Assembly (NCBI GenBank): GCA_040389165.1
Contig: JAZKAK010000012.1
Coordinates: 1 to 63,798, forward strand
Reading direction: 5' to 3'
Length of the DNA: 63,798 nucleotides
DNA from: Pseudomonadota bacterium
GTDB lineage: Bacteria > Pseudomonadota > Alphaproteobacteria > Paracaedibacterales > CAIOTO01
A program made the position numbers and the translations under genes. A model generated the notes under the pieces. The model was not told the DNA's origin. It ran no database searches and saw only the letters and a program-made list of their open reading frames with translations. Positions 18,995 through 29,386 of the stretch are shown in pieces. The stretch's first letter is position 1. Each line of letters opens with the position of its first letter.

Positions 18995-21277
18995 CTACAA
19001 GCCGGACGTCAGCATATTCGCCTGGTATGTTGGCGCAGGACTAATGGCAAGATTTGTGAGTGTTTTAAAGTTGAGGCTAAGAAGATAGCTTGTATCGGGT
19101 CTAATATCACGATCATAGTAACCAGATCTATATATACCAAAATTAACAGCAAAGCATTCATCGTCATACGTAGCCGCCACATAGGTTTCGAGCGATGCTC
19201 CACCATTGGCACGTTTAAGATTGCGAATCTGACCAACAGATAAACGCCAATTTTCGGTAACTTGCGAAGAAACATGCATATTTAGTTGAGAGATAAAATT
19301 TTCATTTAAGGTTGCTCGTTTGTTCAAAAACACATAAGCGCCATCAATCTTAAAGATTGGCTCTCCTATACTTGTGCCAAATTCGGCATATCTGACAACT
19401 TTTAAATCAGGGCTGGCTGCCATCCGATAACGGCTTGATAGCCACGAGGCTGGCTTTACCTTTAGTCGCATCAATACGTCTGATGCAGACTTATCCTCGC
19501 CAAGGCCAGAACGAACAACGTGCTGATCATCCAAACGTTTTGATTGACCTAAAAATAAACTAACACTGCGCTGCTTTGTGAACCGAAATTCGTTTTCAAG
19601 ACCGGCAATAGCCCGCGTACCGGTGTCCACCCGATCAATTCCATCAAAACGATTTGATAAGAACACACTTGTATCATCAAGCTCAAAGGTCATCGAATCT
19701 TCATTAGGAATGTGACGATTATTAATATTAAGAGGGCTTGATACGACCATTGCCTGTGGCTTTACAATCCAATTTGCCAGATCCATTCGTCTTTGGAACG
19801 GCCACTGCCAATCAAGACTGCCCTGCGGAAAAAAACGGACATGGCGATGTTCTAATTTTGAGTTAGGCGTATTTGCATCCACATCTGTCGTGAAATAACG
19901 CCTCATCATATACACATCCGAACGCCCTTGCCCTTGCAAGGTAACGATTTGTCCATGAGACAGAACCCAAGGACGCTTCCATGACGCACCGTTTGACACA
20001 CGATACATTTCAGTGCCTGACCGCCCAGGCACCGGTTGATGACGAAACAGGGCCAAGACTCCGCCTTCGACAGCTGCTGTCCCGCCAATCTTTGGTGTCT
20101 CAGTTTGATAATGATACCCTGCCTTTGGCAAAATAATAGGCGTTGTCTTTGGTGCATCTGTTTGAAATGCTGACGATTGCACATCAGCATAGCTATCATT
20201 CGAAAAATGTTGCCATGTGATATTTGATCTTAGATTTTGACTGTCTTGTATAAAAGGTGATTGGCTGGCCAAGCTGTAACGTTGAAGATATGTTGTATCA
20301 CTCGCACGTTTAAGATCGATTTTAACACGCTGGCTATCGCTTACATCAACACGCGACTGCGCTGTTATGTTCCATCGGTCTGGCTTAGGAGGGCGCGGTC
20401 CATTTGGCAATAATTGACTAGATGGAGGTGGTGGCGGTAAATGTTGCGTTCGTGTATAGCTACCTGCCAGATTAAGCACACCATCATGAAACCGTTGACG
20501 ATATTCTGTTTTTAAAATACCTGACTGTTTTTGCGTCATAAAAGGTGTAATCGTCATATCTTTTTGATCAGAAATCACATAATAAACAGGGACACCTGCA
20601 ATGTAGCCAAGGCTGTCATTATGACCGTAGATTGGTGATAAAATTCCTGATTTTCGTTTGACTGTCGGGTCAGGATGCGAGAAATAGGGCGTATAGAAAA
20701 TTGGAATACCCTTCACTTCGAGACGCGCATTTGTATATTCAATTGTTTTTTCTTGCGTGTTGTGCTCAACTTTTTCTGCTTTTAACTGCCACACCGGTTT
20801 TTTTGTACTGCAAAATGTACAAGGCGTGTAATCCGCATCTTCCATAATGGCAACGATACCATCTTCACGATATCCTGCTGCGCCATGGATTGTTGCTTTT
20901 TCATTCGTCAATAACGTAAATGTTTTAAGAACACCTGCTTTAAAATCGTCTTTTAGTGTAAGTTCATCTGCATAAATGGTGTTACCAATGCCATCTTGAT
21001 AAGAGATCTGCTCGTTTTGCGTACCATAAGCGACAATTTGATTGTTTTTTGAATTATAGACAATACGATTGGCGTTTAATATACGAATACCCTTGCCAGT
21101 AATTTGTTTTAAACACACATGACCTGTGGCCGTGACATTCTCTTGCGCGGCATCATACTGCACAAAATCTGCTTTTAAATCAACAGGAGCATCTTTGGCG
21201 TATGCAAACGTTAAGCAAAGAAAAAGAGCTACCAATAATTCTATTTTTCTGATCATATTGCTAATTCTCTTCTGCAT
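18995..21277 (-). CDS. lptD: LPS-assembly protein LptD
   Basis: 760 aa with a signal peptide, an OstA-like N-terminal domain and a large beta-barrel. It overlaps the lptG stop by 17 nt. Confidence 0.9.
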   Translation of the reverse strand: MQKRISNMIRKIELLVALFLCLTFAYAKDAPVDLKADFVQYDAAQENVTATGHVCLKQITGKGIRILNANRIVYNSKNNQIVAYGTQNEQISYQDGIGNTIYADELTLKDDFKAGVLKTFTLLTNEKATIHGAAGYREDGIVAIMEDADYTPCTFCSTKKPVWQLKAEKVEHNTQEKTIEYTNARLEVKGIPIFYTPYFSHPDPTVKRKSGILSPIYGHNDSLGYIAGVPVYYVISDQKDMTITPFMTQKQSGILKTEYRQRFHDGVLNLAGSYTRTQHLPPPPPSSQLLPNGPRPPKPDRWNITAQSRVDVSDSQRVKIDLKRASDTTYLQRYSLASQSPFIQDSQNLRSNITWQHFSNDSYADVQSSAFQTDAPKTTPIILPKAGYHYQTETPKIGGTAAVEGGVLALFRHQPVPGRSGTEMYRVSNGASWKRPWVLSHGQIVTLQGQGRSDVYMMRRYFTTDVDANTPNSKLEHRHVRFFPQGSLDWQWPFQRRMDLANWIVKPQAMVVSSPLNINNRHIPNEDSMTFELDDTSVFLSNRFDGIDRVDTGTRAIAGLENEFRFTKQRSVSLFLGQSKRLDDQHVVRSGLGEDKSASDVLMRLKVKPASWLSSRYRMAASPDLKVVRYAEFGTSIGEPIFKIDGAYVFLNKRATLNENFISQLNMHVSSQVTENWRLSVGQIRNLKRANGGASLETYVAATYDDECFAVNFGIYRSGYYDRDIRPDTSYLLSLNFKTLTNLAISPAPTYQANMLTSGL

Positions 21278-22367
21278 GCATTAAATACCCAACACCAAGA
21301 AGACCTGTAATAAGCGGTGGCAACCAAGCAGCCCAAAAAGCCGCCAATCGATCACCGGTACCATAAGCATGTATAATGTTATTAAAGAAATGGATTAAAA
21401 ACCCGGTTATGAGTGCCAATCCGATCATTCGACTCGTTGCATGATGACGTGAAGACGGAAGGCAAAAACCAACAGCTAAAACAGACATTACGCCAAGCAA
21501 CGCAATTTCAGCCCATAAACGATGCCAATAAACTTCGTAAGCTAATGAAGAAAGTCCATTCCTTTGTTGCTGCCTTATAAACGCAGGAATTCGCCAAAAA
21601 GGAAGCTGATTAGGCTGAATCGTACTTCGTTGAATTTTTTCCAATGTAAGTTCGGTGGGGCGATATTGTTCAGCATGCTTTTCTAGAACAGCACCTTCAC
21701 GCCAGGAGCACACATCCCGCAGCAACCATTTACCGTCCATTAATGTGGCTTCTTTAACATCAACACGACGTTTAAAACAATCGTTCAAATCAAACTCATA
21801 GAAAGTAACATTCTTGAAAGTCCGATTCTTCAATGAAAATGACTCAGCATGAAAAATCGTTTTTTGCGTGTTTTCTGTTTCTTTTAGCCAAAAACCAGTG
21901 GGAGATATAGTAAGGCGTTGATGATTACGTTTTAGAATGCGCTCCTCGAGCGCGCTGTGTCGTGCGTTAAAGCTTGCCGCAATTGGATTAAGCACAAGCA
22001 GGCTGCTTGCACCAATCATGACAGCCGTTATACAAAGCCCAAGCGCAAGCTGTCCGCCAGAAACCCCCATAGCTCTAAGGGCGGTGATCTCTTGAAGTTG
22101 ATTAAGGCGCCATAGGCTGAGCAAGCTCGCTAGAAAAACAATAAATGGAAGCAATTCAATAAAGCGCTGAGGCAAGACAAGCAATGTCAGTTCTAAAACA
22201 ATACTTAACGAGGCGTCAGGGCGGCTCATCGCACGTCTTAGCATTTCAATTGCTTCAAAAAAGCCAACAATTACGAGTAACGCGAGGGCGGTAATTCCAA
22301 GCCAAATCAAAAAATTCCTTGAAACATACATGTTAGAAGAGCTTTTTAAATAACGAAGAGGTGTCAT
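21261..22367 (-). CDS. lptG: LPS export ABC permease LptG
   Basis: YjgP/YjgQ-type architecture of 6 TM plus a periplasmic beta-jellyroll. 4-nt overlap with lptF. Confidence 0.85.
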   Translation of the reverse strand: MTPLRYLKSSSNMYVSRNFLIWLGITALALLVIVGFFEAIEMLRRAMSRPDASLSIVLELTLLVLPQRFIELLPFIVFLASLLSLWRLNQLQEITALRAMGVSGGQLALGLCITAVMIGASSLLVLNPIAASFNARHSALEERILKRNHQRLTISPTGFWLKETENTQKTIFHAESFSLKNRTFKNVTFYEFDLNDCFKRRVDVKEATLMDGKWLLRDVCSWREGAVLEKHAEQYRPTELTLEKIQRSTIQPNQLPFWRIPAFIRQQQRNGLSSLAYEVYWHRLWAEIALLGVMSVLAVGFCLPSSRHHATSRMIGLALITGFLIHFFNNIIHAYGTGDRLAAFWAAWLPPLITGLLGVGYLMHAEEN

Positions 22368-23518
22368 GCACGATCTCCCCAGACAAGACGTGGTTTAGGC
22401 GCCCCACCTTTTTGTGTATATATTAGCAATAAATCTTTGGATAAATACCAAAAACTGGCTGCAATACCAGATGCAATCAATACATACGCGAACCACAATA
22501 ATGATTGGAAGCGAACACTGCCGTGAAGCAATCCCATTGCTAATAAATGAACAAAAAACACGCCACTTGAGGCAACGCCAATTTTCTTTCTGTTATAACG
22601 ACGGCCTAATTCCCCCGACAATAATACGCCAGAAATAAACAATGCATCGAGCAAACATAAAAAAGGCAACAAAATACGCTGATGCGCCTCGGATCTGAAA
22701 CGACGTTTCATGTCATCCACGACAGCATCATCAGGATTAAGCAATTGTTTAATTGACTTTTCTGATGCGCGCTCAGGACGCGATTCTGAACCTGAGATCG
22801 CATCTGTTAAATCATAAACAAATTCATCAAATGAAAAATATGCATATTGCTTTGTGACTGGGTTGTAGTCCTGACGTTGCCCTTTCCTAAGCAAAATCAA
22901 GAGACGATCGCTACTTTTAAAAACTTGACCTGATTCTGCCAACGTTGTGTGTGATGGAATTCCATCTTTGGCTGGCTGATAAATAAAAATCCCATGCAAT
23001 TCATCCTTATCATTATGCTCTCTCACATAAAGAGTGAACCCCTTTGACGTATTAAAGGATCCTTCTCTAAGGAGAACACCTGAGAATGCGCTACGCATAA
23101 CATGTTCTTGTTGTTTTAATTTTTGAAACGACGCTGGCACAACAAAAACATTGAGAGACATTAGAAATGCAAAAAGACCGGCTGCAAGCGATAAAACAGG
23201 AAGCGATAACCGTAAGTTGCTAATACCCAACGATCTTAATGCAGCTAACTCATGTGTAATCATCAATCGGTGAAAGCTAAATAAAGTTCCAATGGCAAAA
23301 GCGATGGGGCTAATGACAACAAAAAGATCAGGCAATAAGAATGCAACAAGTGAAAAATAGGCCCCCAGAGACACACTGTTATTTACAATTAAGTCCATAT
23401 ACTTTAAAGATTGTGCTAGCCATAGCACAGAAATAATTAAGATGGTAAGCGTTGTGCTAACCAAGAAAAACTTTTTAAATGTGTATTTAAATAGGAGTGT
23501 CATCTTAAAACGTGGCAA
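22364..23518 (-). CDS. lptF: LPS export ABC permease LptF
   Basis: YjgP/YjgQ family architecture, first gene of the lptF-lptG-lptD string. Confidence 0.85.
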   Translation of the reverse strand: MPRFKMTLLFKYTFKKFFLVSTTLTILIISVLWLAQSLKYMDLIVNNSVSLGAYFSLVAFLLPDLFVVISPIAFAIGTLFSFHRLMITHELAALRSLGISNLRLSLPVLSLAAGLFAFLMSLNVFVVPASFQKLKQQEHVMRSAFSGVLLREGSFNTSKGFTLYVREHNDKDELHGIFIYQPAKDGIPSHTTLAESGQVFKSSDRLLILLRKGQRQDYNPVTKQYAYFSFDEFVYDLTDAISGSESRPERASEKSIKQLLNPDDAVVDDMKRRFRSEAHQRILLPFLCLLDALFISGVLLSGELGRRYNRKKIGVASSGVFFVHLLAMGLLHGSVRFQSLLWFAYVLIASGIAASFWYLSKDLLLIYTQKGGAPKPRLVWGDRA

Positions 23519-23656
23519 AATCTTAAAAATGTGTTTATATATCTCATAACTAATTGTTGAGCGCTGTGTGTTAATATAAGGTTAATCTGTGATTAACATA
23601 TGTAACTCTCCTAAGGTATCGCAAACCCAACCAAATTGTATAAGGAAACTTATTTA

Positions 23657-25123
23657 ATGAACAAAAAAATAACGGCACATGTTGCCTTTTGTCTCTTATT
23701 AACATCATTTGTTGCAACAGAGGTGTCTGCAGAAGCTAATCTCTCGCCGTCTGCCGACATTTTAGCTAAGTCAGAAAGCCCTGTTGATAAAAAAAACGAA
23801 CAAGCTGATGATAGTCTTATTTCTGCTGAAACAGATGATTCTTCAGCTAAAGACAATGACGCAGAAGAGACCACTCAGCTAACTATTGCAAAAAATGTAG
23901 AGGATGCTAAGCCTACAGTCACCAAGGCGAAGCCTAAACCATCAGCAGCATCGATTGCGGTCGAAGTTAACAAAGATGCCATCACAAATGATGATGTGCA
24001 GCGTCGTCTTGCACTGAATTTAATATCTTCCGGTGAAATTGACAAGAAAGCGACTGACGAACTTGTTCAACAAATCAAAGAAGCCCTTATTCAAGAAAAA
24101 TTGCAACGCCAAATCGCGGGTTTTCTAAAGGTATCTGTATCAAAAGAAGAGCTCGATCAGGCGATAACAGGAATTGCTAAAGAAAACAACATGACACTTG
24201 AGCAATTGGGCGCTTTCTTTGCAAGCAAAGGTGTCGACATCAAGACCTTACGTGACCGTATCGAGTCAAACTTGCTCTGGATAAAATCTGTGCGTGATGG
24301 CATTGGTGCACACATTCAGATTCCAGACCGCGAAGTAGAGAAAGAAGAATTTCGCTTAAAGCAAAACGAGGAAAAAGAGCAGTTCGAAATAGCTGAAATT
24401 GTTTTATTTGTGGACACACCTGAAAGCCGCATGCATACGCAACGCGAAGCAACGAATCTCCATCGTCAGCTAGTAGAAGGTACTCCCTTCGCTTCCCTGG
24501 CACGCAACTTCTCGCAATCACCATCAAGTGCGCAAGGAGGCATGGTTGGCTGGGTTGCAAAAGATCAATTACCGGATGACGTTACAAAGCTAGCTGTCGG
24601 TCGTTTTAGCGAACCTCTCTTACGCGGGAATCGTTATATCATCTATTTTATCAAAGATCATAAATTGCCAGGCCAAACTGCAGCAAGTGAATCTAAGATG
24701 AGCTATATTGATGTAAAGATCACATTGCCATCTGAGTTATCAATTGATGATCAGGCACGTATTGGTGGATTTCTTGAGAATGCACCAACACTTGAGGGCT
24801 GCAAAGCACTAAAAGAAAGCGCTAAGGCATCTAATTTTGAAGTTGAAGAAATGACTGATATTTCAACAGCTATTGTACCTGATGGGATTAGAAAATTATT
24901 TTCGACAGGTCGCAAAGGAAAAGCAACAGAACCTGTTCGCTTGAGTGAAACTGAACTTCGGGTGTTTATGTTATGCGGACAAAAAGCACCTGAAAAAAAG
25001 ACGCCTCCTACGCGAGAAGAAATTCGCATGGCATTGAAAGAAAAGCGTGTGCAAGAGCAAGCGGTCGCACAGTTTAATAAATTAAAAGCACAGGCAACAA
25101 TTATATACCGCACACCAAGGTAA
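23657..25123 (+). CDS. surA: SurA-like periplasmic chaperone / PpiC-type peptidyl-prolyl isomerase
   Basis: The signal peptide starts at ATG 23657 (MNKKITAHVAFCLLLTSFVATEVSA). The track ORF starts at TTG 23636. Parvulin-like segment FASLARNFSQSPSSAQGGMVGWV. Confidence 0.8.
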   Translation: MNKKITAHVAFCLLLTSFVATEVSAEANLSPSADILAKSESPVDKKNEQADDSLISAETDDSSAKDNDAEETTQLTIAKNVEDAKPTVTKAKPKPSAASIAVEVNKDAITNDDVQRRLALNLISSGEIDKKATDELVQQIKEALIQEKLQRQIAGFLKVSVSKEELDQAITGIAKENNMTLEQLGAFFASKGVDIKTLRDRIESNLLWIKSVRDGIGAHIQIPDREVEKEEFRLKQNEEKEQFEIAEIVLFVDTPESRMHTQREATNLHRQLVEGTPFASLARNFSQSPSSAQGGMVGWVAKDQLPDDVTKLAVGRFSEPLLRGNRYIIYFIKDHKLPGQTAASESKMSYIDVKITLPSELSIDDQARIGGFLENAPTLEGCKALKESAKASNFEVEEMTDISTAIVPDGIRKLFSTGRKGKATEPVRLSETELRVFMLCGQKAPEKKTPPTREEIRMALKEKRVQEQAVAQFNKLKAQATIIYRTPR

Positions 25124-25188
25124 GTTTGGCTGCCACTTATGCTATTCCTCGGAATTAATCCGAGGTTCTCTAACAATTCAACAATTTA

Positions 25189-25554
25189 GTGAAGACTTTC
25201 ATGAAAACCACATTTGAACGTGGCATACGTGCTGAAGAATCCGCTCTTTTGTATCTTGAACGCAAGGGCTACACAGTGATTGCGTCACGTTACAAAACGC
25301 CACACGGTGAGATTGACTTGCTTATGCAAGATGGCGACACCATCGTCGCTGTAGAGGTTAAATACCGCAAACATGAAATCGATTCTTTTGAATGTTTGAC
25401 CACGCGCCAACAGAAACGTATTGAAAATTCTTTGCTCCATTACTTAAGTGAAAACAATATAAATGAATCAGGCGCACATTCCTCTTTGCTTCGCTTTGAT
25501 GTTGTTCTATTATCAGCTGGAAAACAAATAACGCATATTGAAAATGCATGGTAG
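25189..25554 (+). CDS. yraN: YraN family endonuclease (UPF0102)
   Basis: GIRAEESALLYLERKGY..EIDLLMQDGDTIVAVEVKYR is typical of YraN. Confidence 0.85.
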   Translation: MKTFMKTTFERGIRAEESALLYLERKGYTVIASRYKTPHGEIDLLMQDGDTIVAVEVKYRKHEIDSFECLTTRQQKRIENSLLHYLSENNINESGAHSSLLRFDVVLLSAGKQITHIENAW

Positions 25555-26158
25555 AAAAAAAATGAAATCAAACTTAAAAATACTAATGGCACTTTCTATA
25601 TCCACTTTTTTTGTATCAGGTTGCCTTGCTCCACTCGTTGTTGGCGGAGGCGCTGCTATAGGCACACTTGCCATACGTGAAAAAGGCGTTACAGGATCGA
25701 TGAGCGACAGTCAAATTTCAGTGGTCATAAAAGCAAAACTCTATAGTTTCAATCCTGATTTACACGCACGTGTAACCGTTACTGTTGAAGGCGGAGAAGT
25801 ATTACTGACAGGTTCAATCCAAAACCAAGAATGGTCAGTAGAGGCTGAACGCCTTGCATGGGAAGCGAGTGGCGTTAAGAAAGTACTTAATAACATCGAA
25901 ATAACAGACAATGACGAATTAGGCATCGGCATCTACGCAAAAGATTCATGGATCACAACTCAGTTGAAATCTAAATTACTATTTGGCGATGACATCCGGT
26001 CTCTTAATTATGGTATAAAAACAGTCGGTGGCGTTGTTTATGTAATGGGAATTGCACAAGATCAGACCGAACTCGATCGCGTACTCGACACTGTCAGCAA
26101 GACGCTTTATGTGACACGTGTTGTTAATTATGTAAAAATACGCGGTGTATCAGAATAA
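25538..26158 (+). CDS. BON domain lipoprotein (DolP/OsmY-like)
   Basis: Lipobox FVSGC and two BON-like segments (VTVEGGEVLLTGSI, IKTVGGVVYVMGIA). The real start may be ATG 25562. The yraN-dolP adjacency is known from other Proteobacteria. Confidence 0.8.
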   Translation: MKMHGRKKMKSNLKILMALSISTFFVSGCLAPLVVGGGAAIGTLAIREKGVTGSMSDSQISVVIKAKLYSFNPDLHARVTVTVEGGEVLLTGSIQNQEWSVEAERLAWEASGVKKVLNNIEITDNDELGIGIYAKDSWITTQLKSKLLFGDDIRSLNYGIKTVGGVVYVMGIAQDQTELDRVLDTVSKTLYVTRVVNYVKIRGVSE

Positions 26159-26183
26159 AATTACAACGACCAACCACAAACGT

Positions 26184-26365
26184 GTCATTCTCGGGCTTGC
26201 CCCAAGTATCTCTATAGTTGAGGCGGCATATGGCTTGCAATTCAAGTGTTTAACTCTATGTCTTTGCCTTTTATCCATTAGAGATCTTCGGATCAAGTCC
26301 GAAGATGACAAAAAGAGGCTTCCGAAGATAGCAAAAAAAGGGCTTCCGAGGATGATAAAAGAGAA
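26184..26365. repeat. REP/MITE cluster (two hairpins plus 23-24-bp tandem half-sites)
   Basis: GTCATTCTCGGGCTTGCCCCAAG at 26184, AGAGATCTTCGGATCAAGTCCGAAGATGACA at 26279-26310, then GAAGATGACAAAAAGAGGCTTCC-like units x3. Confidence 0.75.
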
Positions 26366-26481
26366 CGTTCAAGAGTATACTTACATATTCAACGATACAT
26401 ACAGACCAGACAAATTAACTATTTTTTAATCATTCACATATATTATGTTAAATAGATACGTTTTACATAAAGTCTAATGAT

Positions 26482-27273
26482 ATGAAAAAATTACTCCTAT
26501 TAATATCTACAGCAACGTTGCTTGATAATCAAATTTTTGCTGAAGAGTATGGTTATCGCGGAAGAACTGATGGCGCGAGAGTGCAGAGTGAGCAAGCAAG
26601 AAATAGATCTTTTCAGCAAGGGGATGAACTGGATGCGAAATATTCCGCCCTTAAAAGGCAAACGCAGTTAACACATATTGAAAGAGAACATGCACGTCAA
26701 GAACAAGAAGTGCGCGCGCAGAAAGAAGCTGCTCTCGAAGAAGAAATTTGGCAAGAAGCAGTAAAACGTGCCCGCATTCTTGTTGGAAAGAAAGAAATTC
26801 AACCTCTCCATCATGAAACCTATGCAAAAGCAGAAGAGCGCATGTTGCTTGCTGAGGCAGAAGCACAAAAAGAATTAATTATACGCGAATACAAAGTAGA
26901 AGAAATTTGGCAAGAAGCAGTAAAACGTGCCCGCATTATTGTTGGAAAGAAAGAAATTCAGCCTCTCCATCATGAAACCTATGCAAAAGCAGAAGAGCGC
27001 ATGTTGCTTGCTGAGGCAGAAGCACAAAAAGAATTAATTATACGCGAATACGAAGCAGAAGAAGCACTTAAACTAAACGGTGCCCCTAAAGCTACGGCTG
27101 CTGAAGAGCATGCAGAAAAAGCCAAGCAAAAGGCAGAAGAAGCCATCAAGGTAGCAGGAAATATTGCAGACAAAGTCGGTAAAATTGCAAGTGAAGAAAA
27201 TATTGCAAAAGCCGGAGAGAGTGTAAAAAAAGCAAAAGCAGTTTGGGGTCAGTTATCAAGTTGGTTTGATTAA
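26482..27273 (+). CDS. secreted coiled-coil protein with a 51-aa internal duplication
   Basis: Signal-like N-terminus (MKKLLLLISTATLLDNQIFA), charged helical composition, and a near-identical 153-bp duplication. Confidence 0.7.
   Translation: MKKLLLLISTATLLDNQIFAEEYGYRGRTDGARVQSEQARNRSFQQGDELDAKYSALKRQTQLTHIEREHARQEQEVRAQKEAALEEEIWQEAVKRARILVGKKEIQPLHHETYAKAEERMLLAEAEAQKELIIREYKVEEIWQEAVKRARIIVGKKEIQPLHHETYAKAEERMLLAEAEAQKELIIREYEAEEALKLNGAPKATAAEEHAEKAKQKAEEAIKVAGNIADKVGKIASEENIAKAGESVKKAKAVWGQLSSWFD
26740..27051 (+). repeat. two near-identical 153-bp direct repeats (26740-26892 and 26899-27051) inside the CDS
   Basis: Read directly. Only a few mismatches (for example ATTCTTG versus ATTATTG). 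Confidence 0.9.
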
Positions 27274-27394
27274 TCTGAACTTGCGGCTGCGGCATAAACT
27301 GCATCAAGATCACCGGGCCACGCCCGATGAATACACAAAAGGACCATGCTACCCATTTATAGGTAGAATACATGATACAAGCATCACCATTCAA

Positions 27395-28354
27395 TTACGC
27401 AATCGCGCGCCATGAATCACCAAGCGTTTGCCAGACCGTATCTGGCGTTAATCCATCCATATAACACAACTGATTTTTATGTGAAAAACCAGGCATTTGC
27501 ACTAATTCCTCATAGCTTTGGGGTATACGCAGCACGTTATGTCCTGCGCCAACGTTGGGATATGGTCCATAAATTTCATCACGTGAAGGGCCAAACAAAC
27601 CAATCACTGGCACATTAAGTGCATAGCTCATGTGCATCAATCCCGAATCATTTCCAAGAAACAAAGCCCCATGCGACATAAGCGCGGCCATATCAATAAG
27701 TGACAATGTGTGACGTTTAGCTAAATCTGTACTGAATGTTACGCGCTCTGCAGGTAGGTTACGAAGCAACTTCAGCTGTGCATCTTCGGATGGAGCCGCC
27801 ACCACAAGCACATGTGCATCTGGAAAAGAATCGCAAAAACGTGTAATCGTCGACAAAAAATAGGCCATAGGCCATTGCTTGCCAATCCAATTTGCAACCG
27901 GCGCTACAACCAGCAGCGGGACCGCTGGCAAAAGCGTATGCATACGTTGCTTACGCTCTTCTGATAAAATAATACGTGGTTGCGCAGGCGCCAATCCGGC
28001 AATGGCAGCAACTTGCTCTATTTTATGCCGCGTATCGTTTTTTGTTTTTTGCCATATATACCGCTTTTTTGTGCGCAAGAAATAACCAATAGCCGACCCT
28101 CTTGAATCAGCTACCCAATCCCACGACCGAACAACGGTATGCAACCATAAAGAGAGCCAATGCAAAGATGCTTTTTTCTTAGGAAAGAGGATGATCTCAT
28201 CGCATGCTGGATCATCTTGAAACAAAGACGCGACAAGCGGATCTGCCGCCACATGATAGCGCATACCGGGGACGCGCAAACGAAGTCCTTCGAGTAATGA
28301 AAGTGTCATAACAGCGTCGCCAATACGACTCGATGTGATAAAAAGGCCAGGCAT
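27395..28354 (-). CDS. glycosyltransferase family 9 (LPS heptosyltransferase-like)
   Basis: 319 aa. It has an N-terminal IGDAVM-type segment and C-terminal GNDSGLMHMS..PVIGLFGPS, characteristic of GT9. Confidence 0.8.
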   Translation of the reverse strand: MPGLFITSSRIGDAVMTLSLLEGLRLRVPGMRYHVAADPLVASLFQDDPACDEIILFPKKKASLHWLSLWLHTVVRSWDWVADSRGSAIGYFLRTKKRYIWQKTKNDTRHKIEQVAAIAGLAPAQPRIILSEERKQRMHTLLPAVPLLVVAPVANWIGKQWPMAYFLSTITRFCDSFPDAHVLVVAAPSEDAQLKLLRNLPAERVTFSTDLAKRHTLSLIDMAALMSHGALFLGNDSGLMHMSYALNVPVIGLFGPSRDEIYGPYPNVGAGHNVLRIPQSYEELVQMPGFSHKNQLCYMDGLTPDTVWQTLGDSWRAIA

Positions 28355-28482
28355 AATGTATGAAAATATACGTATAAGAAGATTAAATCTACATTATCAA
28401 GGACAGCTCATTATTGGTATGTTTTTCTGACAGCTTTCACCTGATGAGCAGCTTTGCGTTCTTTCCATTTCATAAAAAATGA

Positions 28483-29247
28483 CTATACAGCTGATGGCTG
28501 TTCAGCCTGCGCAGTCTGCTCGGCTAAATCAATGCGTTCCTGATGCCTCTTATTGAATCCATTTTGCGCGAGAATACTGTAAAAATAGCAAAGCGCTGTT
28601 GTCGCACTAAAGACATATCCGACATTTAATAGATATTTTTTATGAGAATCTTCGTCAGGCAAAGTTAGGGCGTACGAGGTAAGAACAGGGGCGGTATATT
28701 GCCCAAGAACTTCTAGATATCCAAGAACAGAAACAGTTTCTCCCCAAAATCTCTCTGCAAAATATAAATAATGCAACTTAAAGCTAGTTACTGAACTATG
28801 TTTATTTTCCACATTAAGGGCAGAGGCGGCGCCATTTGATAAGGATAACATTTTTTTGCTTTCGGCCTCTTTCTTCTTGGTAACAAAATCATGTGACCGT
28901 ATAGTATACTTAGCAGCATTTGCTAACATTGACGCCAAATTCACAGAAACGGTAACTAATTCCAGTGTGTTATTGCCTGGATACGCAAAATTAGCGAGCC
29001 CTATAAGAGCACCCGATTTGCATACTCCTTCGATCGTTTCACATACATTGGCCGCCACATAACCAGCTTCTTCTTCAATTTCTGGTGATATAAGAGGCTC
29101 CTCCAAACGCGCACATTGAGGGGTTGCTATTTTTGTTTTCCCTACCTCGCCAATCTCTACAAGATTTAAATCCCTCGATTCGCATTTAAGAATTAAGCTT
29201 ATTAACAGGCTGGCATGTATACATAGACTTTTAAAATTGACAAACAT
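28483..29247 (-). CDS. hypothetical membrane protein (orphan)
   Basis: 254 aa with a hydrophobic N-terminus and further hydrophobic segments. No family recognised. Confidence 0.55.
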   Translation of the reverse strand: MFVNFKSLCIHASLLISLILKCESRDLNLVEIGEVGKTKIATPQCARLEEPLISPEIEEEAGYVAANVCETIEGVCKSGALIGLANFAYPGNNTLELVTVSVNLASMLANAAKYTIRSHDFVTKKKEAESKKMLSLSNGAASALNVENKHSSVTSFKLHYLYFAERFWGETVSVLGYLEVLGQYTAPVLTSYALTLPDEDSHKKYLLNVGYVFSATTALCYFYSILAQNGFNKRHQERIDLAEQTAQAEQPSAV

Positions 29248-29386
29248 TCGGCATTTCCAAGATATGGTCTTATCATGTTTTATTATTACGCCTTACGTGT
29301 TAATAATTAGTATATAATATCAAAAACAATACGCACATAGCGATATATAAAGTTGTGATCCGATGGGTATAATTTATGATTTTTTA

